Assembly (NCBI GenBank): GCA_044337895.1
Contig: JBIIMR010000001.1
Coordinates: forward strand, 1 to 42,884
Reading direction: 5' to 3'
From: Alphaproteobacteria bacterium
Lineage (GTDB): Bacteria > Pseudomonadota > Alphaproteobacteria > WRAU01 > JBIIMR01
DNA: 42,884 bases
This document shows, piece by piece, positions 29,523 through 37,341 of the stretch. Position numbers and translations under genes: made by a program. Each line of letters starts with the position of its first letter. Position 1 is the stretch's first letter. Under the pieces are notes generated by a model. That model had not been told where the DNA came from and ran no database searches. It saw only the letters and a program-made list of their open reading frames with translations.

Positions 29523-30233
29523 ATGATTAGTATTTTAAAAGGAATAAAAAGTAACAAATTATTGGTTATATTTGCTATTATAAATTTTTCTTTATATAGT
29601 TATTTAAGTGGTTTAACCGTTCTTAATATTTTTACAGGATTTTTTTTAAGCTTAACTTTTATTTTATTAGGAATAGGAAGTATTTACAGTTTAATTATTT
29701 TAGAAATTTATACCATTTTAACAAGCTACGGACTTTTTGAAACACTTAAATCCTATACCGATTTTGTTACAACTTTAAAAATTGTTTTACCATCTTTCGC
29801 TTTATTTACTTTTTTGATATTATTATCAGGATATTTATGGTTAAAACATTCAAATCACTACATAGTAATTGTAAAATCCCATTCAAATAAATTTTTACCC
29901 GTAGGAGCAGTTTTTATTTATTTGTTAGCATTAGTTGTAAGTTATTTCTATTATCCAAAAATTCAAATTTTAATGTTATTAAAGTCTTTTAGTGATATAA
30001 TAACTTTAGTAGGTTTAGTGTTAGGATATATTTTATTAATTTTAAGATATAAAATGGGGTGGATTCATCTTGTAGCATCTTTTATTTCTGTAGTTTTTTC
30101 AAATATTTTTTATAATTTATTTTACAAGATTCCATTTGAACCACTGTTATTCATATCTACTTTTTTAAATATTTTAATTTGTTTTTTATCATATTTATCT
30201 TGGAATAAAATAAAAAGCAATCAAAATAGTTAG
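29523..30233 (+). CDS. polytopic membrane protein, function unknown
   Basis: 236 aa with about 7 hydrophobic segments. AGAGGA lies 4-5 nt upstream. Confidence 0.5.
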   Translation: MISILKGIKSNKLLVIFAIINFSLYSYLSGLTVLNIFTGFFLSLTFILLGIGSIYSLIILEIYTILTSYGLFETLKSYTDFVTTLKIVLPSFALFTFLILLSGYLWLKHSNHYIVIVKSHSNKFLPVGAVFIYLLALVVSYFYYPKIQILMLLKSFSDIITLVGLVLGYILLILRYKMGWIHLVASFISVVFSNIFYNLFYKIPFEPLLFISTFLNILICFLSYLSWNKIKSNQNS

Positions 30234-30292
30234 AAATATGATTGTTTTTTTCATTTTTATCCGTTAAAAACTTTTTATTAAATCTTTTTTTG

Positions 30293-30321
30293 TTGAATTT
30301 TAATATATAATTCATTAATAT
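30293..30321 (+). promoter_or_regulatory. candidate promoter of the PTS gene
   Basis: TTGAAT (30293-30298), a 17-nt spacer, then TAATAT (30316-30321), about 50 nt upstream of the ATG. The AT-rich background means specificity is low. Confidence 0.3.
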
Positions 30322-30372
30322 ATAAACATATAATTTAAGAAAGTTAAACATTTTACAAGGAGATTTTTTACT

Positions 30373-31932
30373 ATGAGTAATACAAATAATTTTAGTATTT
30401 TTGCATTAATGCAAAAAATAGGTAAAGCATTTATGTTACCTATTGCTCTTTTACCAGCAGCAGGAATTTTATTAGGTATAGGAGGATCATTAAGTAACCC
30501 AAATACTATAGAGGCATATCCATTACTTGCAAATGGAATTTTACAAATTATTTTTCAATTAATGTCAGGTGCGGGAGGAATAGTATTTGCTAATTTACCA
30601 CTTCTTTTTGCCATAGGTATTTGTGTTGGTGTAGCAAATAAAGAACAAGGTGCTGCAGGTTTAGCAGGGGCAATAGGTTTTATAGTAATGCATAAAGTGA
30701 TAAATGTTCTTTTAAGTATTAATGGAGTTCTTGCCACTTCTAATATAGAAGCAGTAGGTCAATCAACTGTTTTAGGTATACAAACATTAGAAATGGGAGT
30801 TTTTGGTGGAATAATTGCGGGCTTAATAACTGTTTACTTACATAACAAATTTATTTCTTTTTCTTTACCAGATTTTTTAGCTTTTTTTAATGGAGCAAGA
30901 TTTGTTCCAATTATTACAGCTATTACTTTTATTTTAGTAGGTTTTATATTAAGTTTAGTTTGGCCACACATACAGGTTTTTATTAAAACATTGGGAAATT
31001 TAGTAAATAATACAGGTTATATAGGAACATTTTTTTACGGTTTAATAGAAAGATCGCTAATACCATTAGGTTTACATCATATTTTTTATATGCCTTTTTG
31101 GCAAACAGAAGTAGGTGGTAGTTTGCTTGTTAATGGTAAAATGATTTATGGGGCTCAAAATATATTTTTTGCACAGTTAGCAGATCCAACATTAACCCAT
31201 TTTGATGTGGGTGTATCAAGATTTATGGCAGGTAAATTTCCTTTCATGATATTTGGGTTACCAGGTGCAGCATTAGCAATGTATCATACTTCTAAAATAG
31301 AAAACAGACAAATTGTAGCAGGATTATTAATATCAGCAGCTTTAACAGCAATGATAACAGGAATAACAGAACCAATTGAGTTTGTGTTTCTTTTTGTTGC
31401 CCCTGTTTTATATGCAATCCATGCAGTTTTAGCAGGTTTATCTTTTATGTTTATGCATATTCTAAATGTTACCGTAGGTCAAACTTTTTCAGGAGGTCTT
31501 ATTGATTTAACTTTATTTGGTATATTGCAAGGCAATGCAAAAACTAATTGGGTACTCATTCCTTTAGTTGGTATTGGATATTTTGTTTTATATTACTTAC
31601 TTTTTAGATTCGCAATTTTAAAATTCAATTTAAAAACACCAGGTAGAGAAGAGGAAATATTAACAAAAACATCTTCATCAAATTCTAGTTTTAAAGAACT
31701 AGCACAAGAAATTATATTAGCTTATGGAGGTTTAGATAATATGGTTGAAATTGGAGCTTGTATGTCAAGATTAAGAATCACAGTTGCAGACAGCACAAAA
31801 GTAGATGAAGTTAAATTAAAAAGTTTAGGAGCATCAGGAGTTTTAAAAGTAGGTAAAGGAATCCAATCTATTTTTGGAACAAAATCCGATCTAATCAAAC
31901 AAGAAATTTTAAATATTAAAGAAGGCAACTAA
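30373..31932 (+). CDS. PTS glucose-family transporter, EIIC-EIIB fusion (no EIIA domain)
   Basis: The N-terminus (LQKIGKAFMLPIALLPAAGILLGIGG) and HHIFYMPFW are typical of glucose/maltose/GlcNAc EIIC. The C-terminal EIIB has the phospho-Cys context GACMSRLRI. AAGGAG lies 10 nt upstream. Confidence 0.9.
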   Translation: MSNTNNFSIFALMQKIGKAFMLPIALLPAAGILLGIGGSLSNPNTIEAYPLLANGILQIIFQLMSGAGGIVFANLPLLFAIGICVGVANKEQGAAGLAGAIGFIVMHKVINVLLSINGVLATSNIEAVGQSTVLGIQTLEMGVFGGIIAGLITVYLHNKFISFSLPDFLAFFNGARFVPIITAITFILVGFILSLVWPHIQVFIKTLGNLVNNTGYIGTFFYGLIERSLIPLGLHHIFYMPFWQTEVGGSLLVNGKMIYGAQNIFFAQLADPTLTHFDVGVSRFMAGKFPFMIFGLPGAALAMYHTSKIENRQIVAGLLISAALTAMITGITEPIEFVFLFVAPVLYAIHAVLAGLSFMFMHILNVTVGQTFSGGLIDLTLFGILQGNAKTNWVLIPLVGIGYFVLYYLLFRFAILKFNLKTPGREEEILTKTSSSNSSFKELAQEIILAYGGLDNMVEIGACMSRLRITVADSTKVDEVKLKSLGASGVLKVGKGIQSIFGTKSDLIKQEILNIKEGN

Positions 31933-31964
31933 ATTTAATATTTAAGCATAAATTTCAATAAATA

Positions 31965-32004
31965 AGCTACCAATTTCTTAATAAATATTGGTAGCTATTT
32001 TTTT
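31965..32004 (+). terminator. rho-independent terminator of the PTS gene
   Basis: Perfect 10-bp stem AGCTACCAAT (31965-31974) / ATTGGTAGCT (31987-31996) with a 12-nt loop, followed by A and T7 (31998-32004). Confidence 0.7.
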
Positions 32005-32025
32005 ATCAATACATTCCTAAATCAG

Positions 32026-32064
32026 CTTAAAATACCAACTTAAAATACCAACTTAAAAATATCA
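32026..32064. repeat. 13-bp tandem repeat (CTTAAAATACCAA x2 plus a degenerate third copy) in an intergenic region
   Basis: Read directly: 32026-32038 is identical to 32039-32051. The third copy, CTTAAAAATATCA, is diverged. Confidence 0.85.
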
Positions 32065-32167
32065 AACTATCCCTATTTAATTCTATTAACTTAGGATTTA
32101 CCCACAAAAAAGCAATTAATCACACAAACTAAATTATATAATTGACCTAAAACTAGAAAAACTAATA

Positions 32168-34228
32168 TTATTTTTTTAAAAAGTTAATCAGATTATTCTT
32201 AAAATAACTATCATAAAAAATAATAGTTTTATCTTTTTTTATCACCATTAAAAATGGTAAAATCCCAAATTTATTATATTTTTTTATCTCAGACATAAAA
32301 TTAATATCAAACTCTTTTGTTATATTATACTCAAATAGTATAGCTGCATCATTTTTTATTATAGAGTTTAATTCTTTATCTCTAAAAATTTGATTAACTA
32401 AATAACATTTTAAACACCAATCAGCAGTTACTTTTACCACTATCAATCCATCTTCATCTTTAATTCTATTTGATATATCATTGATATTTTTAATTCTATT
32501 CCATATTAGTCCAGTTTCAGAAACTCTGTAATCTACTTGCACAAAATTTTTCTCAAAAAAAGATACAATAAGGAGTGTTAAAAAGATTATCATTATCAAT
32601 ATTTTTTTATAATAAGCATCTTTAATTTTATATTTTAGTAAGAATATAATAACAGAAAATACAGCTAAAAATAGTAAAACCATAAAATAGTATATAGAAC
32701 CAATCATAAGCATAAAAATCATAAAAATTAAAATTATATAAGAAAAATAAAACATAAAAATTTTAAATATATTCAATTCTTTATTATCAATAATATCTTT
32801 TATTTTTTCTTTAAGCATATAAAACAAAAAATAAGGGGATGCAATAATCAGTAATATCATGGTAATTTGTAACAATCCAAGATTATAATCAACACTTACA
32901 TAGTGAAATGTGTTTTGTAACAATATAATTATTACAAAAAATATACCAAAAAAAGATACAAAACCATACAAAAAGCTAACAAGATATTTTAAATAATTTG
33001 TATTATATAAAAATTCATTTATTTGTTTTAACAAAATGGAGTGAAGGATAATCAATATAGCAAAAGTGATAATTACATAATTAAATTGATTAATTAAATA
33101 ATACATAAAAAATATAAAGTTAGAAAAATAATTTATGATTAAAATTTGACTAACAGTAATTGCAAAAATAATTCCAGAGAAGTAAATTATTTCATTTAAG
33201 TAAAAACTTTCCTTTGATACTTTATTTAAAAATGAAATTCTATTATAGTAAATCATTAGCATTACAGGTGAAAAGCATAATATAATTAATAAAATTATTT
33301 GTTTGAATTTAGAGTCTTTTACCCCATCTTCATATATAGTGTTGATGTTATTTCTAACATTTGTTATTTTATTTTCTTTTTGTAAAATTGTATCACTTAA
33401 AATAAAATTTCCAATATTTGTATCTATATTTATTTTAATATTATTTTCATTTTTATTTTCATTTTCATTTTCATTTTCATTAATAAAATTTTTGATATTA
33501 GATTCTATAATAAAGGAATTATTATTTTTATAAATAATCACATCTTCCATAAATTCAAAATCTTCACTGCTAAATATAGCATATTTTACTTCTTTAATTT
33601 TATCATCATTGATAGTAAGAGTTATTTTCTTTTTATTTATATCAATCTTAGTATTAGCTTTAAACAAATCAGCAGAGACATTTAATGGTAATCTTTTTAT
33701 TTCATTTTGAATTTTTTCATCCACAAGAATCTTTTTTATTTCTGTAGCTATTATAATATTTTTTAGTTTTATTTTTTCAAGCCTACATTCTGAATCTACA
33801 CTACAAATATAAAATTGAAGTTGTCCTATTAATTTCATAAATTGAGAATCTTTTTCAGGTATATCAATTATAAAAGGTATTTTTGCTACATCTTGAATCC
33901 CAAACAAAGCAGATTGATTTTTCATAATATGTTTTTTAACAGCGGGTATAAGAATTGAGTTATTAAGAACAATTTTATTAGAATCTTTTACCAACAAAAG
34001 ATCAATATCTTTGGCATCTTTCATTTTGAGAAATTTATTTTTATTAAATTTAAAAATCAACATTCCATTAAGTTGATTATCTTTAAGAGAACCAAAAATA
34101 ATACTTAATTCATACCCAACACCAGAATAATTTTGCTTATAATTATTGTTAGTATTATCTTTTCCATACAGCAAATTAAAGTTAAACAATATTGATATAA
34201 TTATTATTTTTAATAAATTGCTTATCAT
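32168..34228 (-). CDS. dsbD: DsbD-like thiol:disulfide interchange protein (alpha domain, membrane domain and thioredoxin domain)
   Basis: Signal peptide, then an N-terminal domain with the C-x5-C pair FYICSVDSEC (E. coli has CADAGFC). The polytopic core carries LCFSPVML, corresponding to PCVLPML. The C-terminal thioredoxin fold has DWCLKCY. It starts 5 nt after the gltX stop. Confidence 0.75.
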   Translation of the reverse strand: MISNLLKIIIISILFNFNLLYGKDNTNNNYKQNYSGVGYELSIIFGSLKDNQLNGMLIFKFNKNKFLKMKDAKDIDLLLVKDSNKIVLNNSILIPAVKKHIMKNQSALFGIQDVAKIPFIIDIPEKDSQFMKLIGQLQFYICSVDSECRLEKIKLKNIIIATEIKKILVDEKIQNEIKRLPLNVSADLFKANTKIDINKKKITLTINDDKIKEVKYAIFSSEDFEFMEDVIIYKNNNSFIIESNIKNFINENENENENKNENNIKINIDTNIGNFILSDTILQKENKITNVRNNINTIYEDGVKDSKFKQIILLIILCFSPVMLMIYYNRISFLNKVSKESFYLNEIIYFSGIIFAITVSQILIINYFSNFIFFMYYLINQFNYVIITFAILIILHSILLKQINEFLYNTNYLKYLVSFLYGFVSFFGIFFVIIILLQNTFHYVSVDYNLGLLQITMILLIIASPYFLFYMLKEKIKDIIDNKELNIFKIFMFYFSYIILIFMIFMLMIGSIYYFMVLLFLAVFSVIIFLLKYKIKDAYYKKILIMIIFLTLLIVSFFEKNFVQVDYRVSETGLIWNRIKNINDISNRIKDEDGLIVVKVTADWCLKCYLVNQIFRDKELNSIIKNDAAILFEYNITKEFDINFMSEIKKYNKFGILPFLMVIKKDKTIIFYDSYFKNNLINFLKK
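33443..33478 (-). repeat. in-frame hexanucleotide microsatellite (GAAAAT on the coding strand, 6 units with 1 imperfect) encoding (NE)n
   Basis: Read directly on the + strand as ATTTTC ATTTTT ATTTTC x4. It translates to NENENENENKNEN in dsbD. Confidence 0.9.
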
Positions 34229-34233
34229 TTTTT

Positions 34234-35667
34234 TTAACAGCCTGTAGAGGTATTTTGAGATTTATATAGAATTATCCCATCTATTTTTGAGATAGTAATA
34301 TCTTTTTTAAAATTTTCCATAATTTCAAAAACAGAGCAAGCACAAACAGTTTCCCCTGTTAATGCTAAACGAAGGGGCAATACATAATCTGCCAATTTAA
34401 TATTTTTTTCAGATATTTTTTGCTTAAATAAATCAAGCAATTTATCTTTACTAAAATCATTATTTTCAAACTGCATTAAAATATTTTTTTGTTCTATAAG
34501 ATATTCCAAGTTTAAGTTTTCAATATTATAGTTATATTTTAGATTTTTAACCATGTAAAAAGAAGATTTTTCTATTAATTCCAAAATCGTTTTACCTCTC
34601 TCCTTAATCTGAGTTAAAGAACTTAATAACCAAGAATAAACAGTATTATCAATCAAATAATCCATTTTAAAATAACTAATTAACTCCTGCATTAAAGCAA
34701 TTAATTTATCATTAGCTGTTTGTTTAATATAAAAATGATTAATACTTGTTAATTTTTTTATATCAAATCTTGCAGGAGATTTATTAACATCACAGATATC
34801 AAACCATTTAATCGCATCATTTACAGATATTATATCAAAATCACCATAAGACCAACCAAGTTTTAACAAGTAACTTTTTATAGCTTCTGGTAAAAATCCC
34901 ATATATTTATACTCTTCAACAGAGGTTGCACCGTGCCTTTTAGACATTTTAGATCCATCATCACCATGTATTAAAGGTAAGTGCGCAAAAAAAGGAATTT
35001 TTGCATCTAAAGCATTATATATTTGTATTTGCCTAAATGTATTTGTTAAATGATCATCCCCACGAATAACATGTGTGATTCCCATATCTATATCATCTAT
35101 TACAACGGCAAACATATATGTAGGAGTTCCATCGCTTCTTAAAATAATTAAGTCATCCATTAATTTATTTTCAACTTTAATTTCCCCCATTACCAAGTCA
35201 GTTAATATAGTTAACCCACTTTGGGATGATTTGATTCTAATAACAGGTGAATTAGTTTTTGTTTTATCATGTGCATCATGTAAAAGGTTCCTACATTTAC
35301 CTTCATATGTATATACTTTACCATTTTTTTCTGCTTTTTGTCTTTTTATTTCTAATTCTTCTTTAGAGCAATAACAATAATAAGCTAAATTTTTTGCAAC
35401 TAATTCTTCTGCAATTTTTATATGATGCAATTCCCTTTGCTTTTGAAACACAATATCACCATCATGTTCTATTCCTAAAAAATCCAATCCATTAATTATT
35501 GCATCAACCGCTTCTTTTGTTGATCTTATAGAATCGGTATCTTCTATTCTAAGTAAAAACTTGCCACCCATTTTTTTAGCATAAATATAGTTAAAAAGAG
35601 CAGTCCTTGCACCCCCTATATGTAAATATCCAGTAGGAGACGGTGCGAATCTAGTAATAACAGTCAT
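34234..35667 (-). CDS. gltX: glutamate--tRNA ligase
   Basis: HIGH region PSPTGYLHIGGARTA and KMSKS region SKMSKRHG. Size is 477 aa. Confidence 0.95.
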   Translation of the reverse strand: MTVITRFAPSPTGYLHIGGARTALFNYIYAKKMGGKFLLRIEDTDSIRSTKEAVDAIINGLDFLGIEHDGDIVFQKQRELHHIKIAEELVAKNLAYYCYCSKEELEIKRQKAEKNGKVYTYEGKCRNLLHDAHDKTKTNSPVIRIKSSQSGLTILTDLVMGEIKVENKLMDDLIILRSDGTPTYMFAVVIDDIDMGITHVIRGDDHLTNTFRQIQIYNALDAKIPFFAHLPLIHGDDGSKMSKRHGATSVEEYKYMGFLPEAIKSYLLKLGWSYGDFDIISVNDAIKWFDICDVNKSPARFDIKKLTSINHFYIKQTANDKLIALMQELISYFKMDYLIDNTVYSWLLSSLTQIKERGKTILELIEKSSFYMVKNLKYNYNIENLNLEYLIEQKNILMQFENNDFSKDKLLDLFKQKISEKNIKLADYVLPLRLALTGETVCACSVFEIMENFKKDITISKIDGIILYKSQNTSTGC

Positions 35668-35842
35668 TAAAATAATCTCAAATAAAAATTTATTTTATAA
35701 TTTTATACATTAACAAGATATAAAAATTACTTTTTTTTAGTATTTTGTACCCTATATATTCCACAAATTATATTGTATTATATTATAAAATACAATAATA
35801 TAACAAATATTTAATAAAAAAAGAAAGCATGTTTTTTACAAA

Positions 35843-36451
35843 ATGGACATCATAATAAACTACATAAATAACCACATTAATATAATAGAGATTCTAACCT
35901 CTATTATTGGTATTTTATATGTTATTTTTATGATACAAGAAAAATATTATGCTTATATTTTTAGCTTTATAGGTTCAATTTTACTTAGTCTTGTTTACTT
36001 GAACTCCAAAATTTATTTACAAGGATTAATAAATTTATTATATATATTTATTAGCATTATAGGTTATTTTTCTTGGTATAGCAGAAAAAAGAAAAAAAAT
36101 TCTTATAAAATCAGTAGTTTAGGGTTTAAAAATAATTTTTATTTAATATTCATATTTATAATAATCAGTTTATTATTTAGATTTATATTAGTCAATTTTT
36201 TATCTTATTCTAGTATAGAGACTGCATATTTAGATAGTTTTTTATTCATTTTTAGTTTATTTACAACATACTTACAGTATAAAAAAATTTTTGAAAATTG
36301 GATATACTGGATTATAATAAACAGTATTTATGCTTATTTATGCTTTAACAATCAACTATACTACATTATGATTTTAGCTATAATTTATACTATTTTATCC
36401 ATTAGAGGTTATATTAAGTGGAAGATAAAACTTTTTATTACTTACAAATAA
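35843..36451 (+). CDS. pnuC: PnuC-family vitamin (nicotinamide riboside-type) transporter
   Basis: The 202-aa polytopic protein has a C-terminal half, KKIFENWIYWIIINSIYAYL...ILSIRGYIKW, that aligns from memory with E. coli PnuC KYVENWLLWVIINVISVVIF...LNGSRMW. It also has the GYFSWYSR (WxW-type) motif. Confidence 0.8.
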   Translation: MDIIINYINNHINIIEILTSIIGILYVIFMIQEKYYAYIFSFIGSILLSLVYLNSKIYLQGLINLLYIFISIIGYFSWYSRKKKKNSYKISSLGFKNNFYLIFIFIIISLLFRFILVNFLSYSSIETAYLDSFLFIFSLFTTYLQYKKIFENWIYWIIINSIYAYLCFNNQLYYIMILAIIYTILSIRGYIKWKIKLFITYK

Positions 36452-37341
36452 TTCCATTAGAAATTAAAAATTATATAATTCAAGAACTAGGATATATGTT
36501 ATATATAAAACAAATTTCCCATGCAATTACCAATAAAGTATATTTTGTTAAAACACAAAAAGGTAGTTTTATTTTAAAAATTTTTCAGCAGAATAAAGAG
36601 CAGATTTTCAATAAAGAGGTTTTTTTGATACAAAAGATGTATCTTCATAAAGCAACCCCCAGTTTAGTTTATCAAAGTTTTAGTCAAGAGTTAAGCTTTT
36701 TAATTTTAGATTACCAAAAACATAATCATATAACAAATAGATTATTACACCAAGATTATTTTTTGCAAGATTTAGCTAATAAGTTGTATATTTTCCATCA
36801 TATTAATATTCCAACACAATACTTAAATACAGATGATAATTTCCATAATTTTATTATCTTTTATTTTGAAAATAGTAAAAAATATATTGCAAATGAAGTT
36901 TTTTTAAATCAAACAGATTTAATTCATAATCATTATTTAAGTTTATTTTCACACCAACTAACTAAAGAAAATGAACATATAGTTCTAACCCATAATGATA
37001 TAAACAAACAAAATATACTTTATAAAAAAAAATGGTTATTTTTTATAGATTTTGAATATTCTTTTAAATCAACCCCCTATATAGATTTTGCTACAATCTA
37101 TAATTTATTAAATTATAACAATATTAAGTATCAAAAATTTTTACATTTTTATTATAAGAATTCATTACAAAAATTACCTAAAGATTATTTAGTTAAAACT
37201 AAAATTTACAATAATATTCTTGTTTATACTTCATTTTTATGGTATTGCCATATGTTTGTTTCTACTTCCAAATTAAAGTATAAATATTTAGCAAATAAAT
37301 TATCCAATAAAGTTTTTCAAATTGCCAAAAATCAAAATTAA
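36418..37341 (+). CDS. choline/ethanolamine/thiamine-kinase-fold (APH-like) phosphotransferase
   Basis: Brenner-type catalytic motif LTHNDINKQNIL, then FFIDFEYS (E. coli ThiK has HMDVHAGNLV...LIDWEYAG). The GTG start has GAGG 9 nt upstream and overlaps the pnuC end by 34 nt, so the start is uncertain. Confidence 0.65.
   Translation: MEDKTFYYLQIIPLEIKNYIIQELGYMLYIKQISHAITNKVYFVKTQKGSFILKIFQQNKEQIFNKEVFLIQKMYLHKATPSLVYQSFSQELSFLILDYQKHNHITNRLLHQDYFLQDLANKLYIFHHINIPTQYLNTDDNFHNFIIFYFENSKKYIANEVFLNQTDLIHNHYLSLFSHQLTKENEHIVLTHNDINKQNILYKKKWLFFIDFEYSFKSTPYIDFATIYNLLNYNNIKYQKFLHFYYKNSLQKLPKDYLVKTKIYNNILVYTSFLWYCHMFVSTSKLKYKYLANKLSNKVFQIAKNQN

Noticed and set aside
30157-30351. 64-aa minus-strand ORF upstream of the PTS gene
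   Set aside because: Its sequence is low-complexity Lys/Asn/Phe. It overlaps the 3' end of the membrane-protein gene and the PTS promoter region, and no RBS is visible.
33303-33533. 76-aa plus-strand ORF with an FSFSFSFS repeat
   Set aside because: It is antisense to dsbD. Its repeat is simply the reverse reading of the GAAAAT microsatellite.
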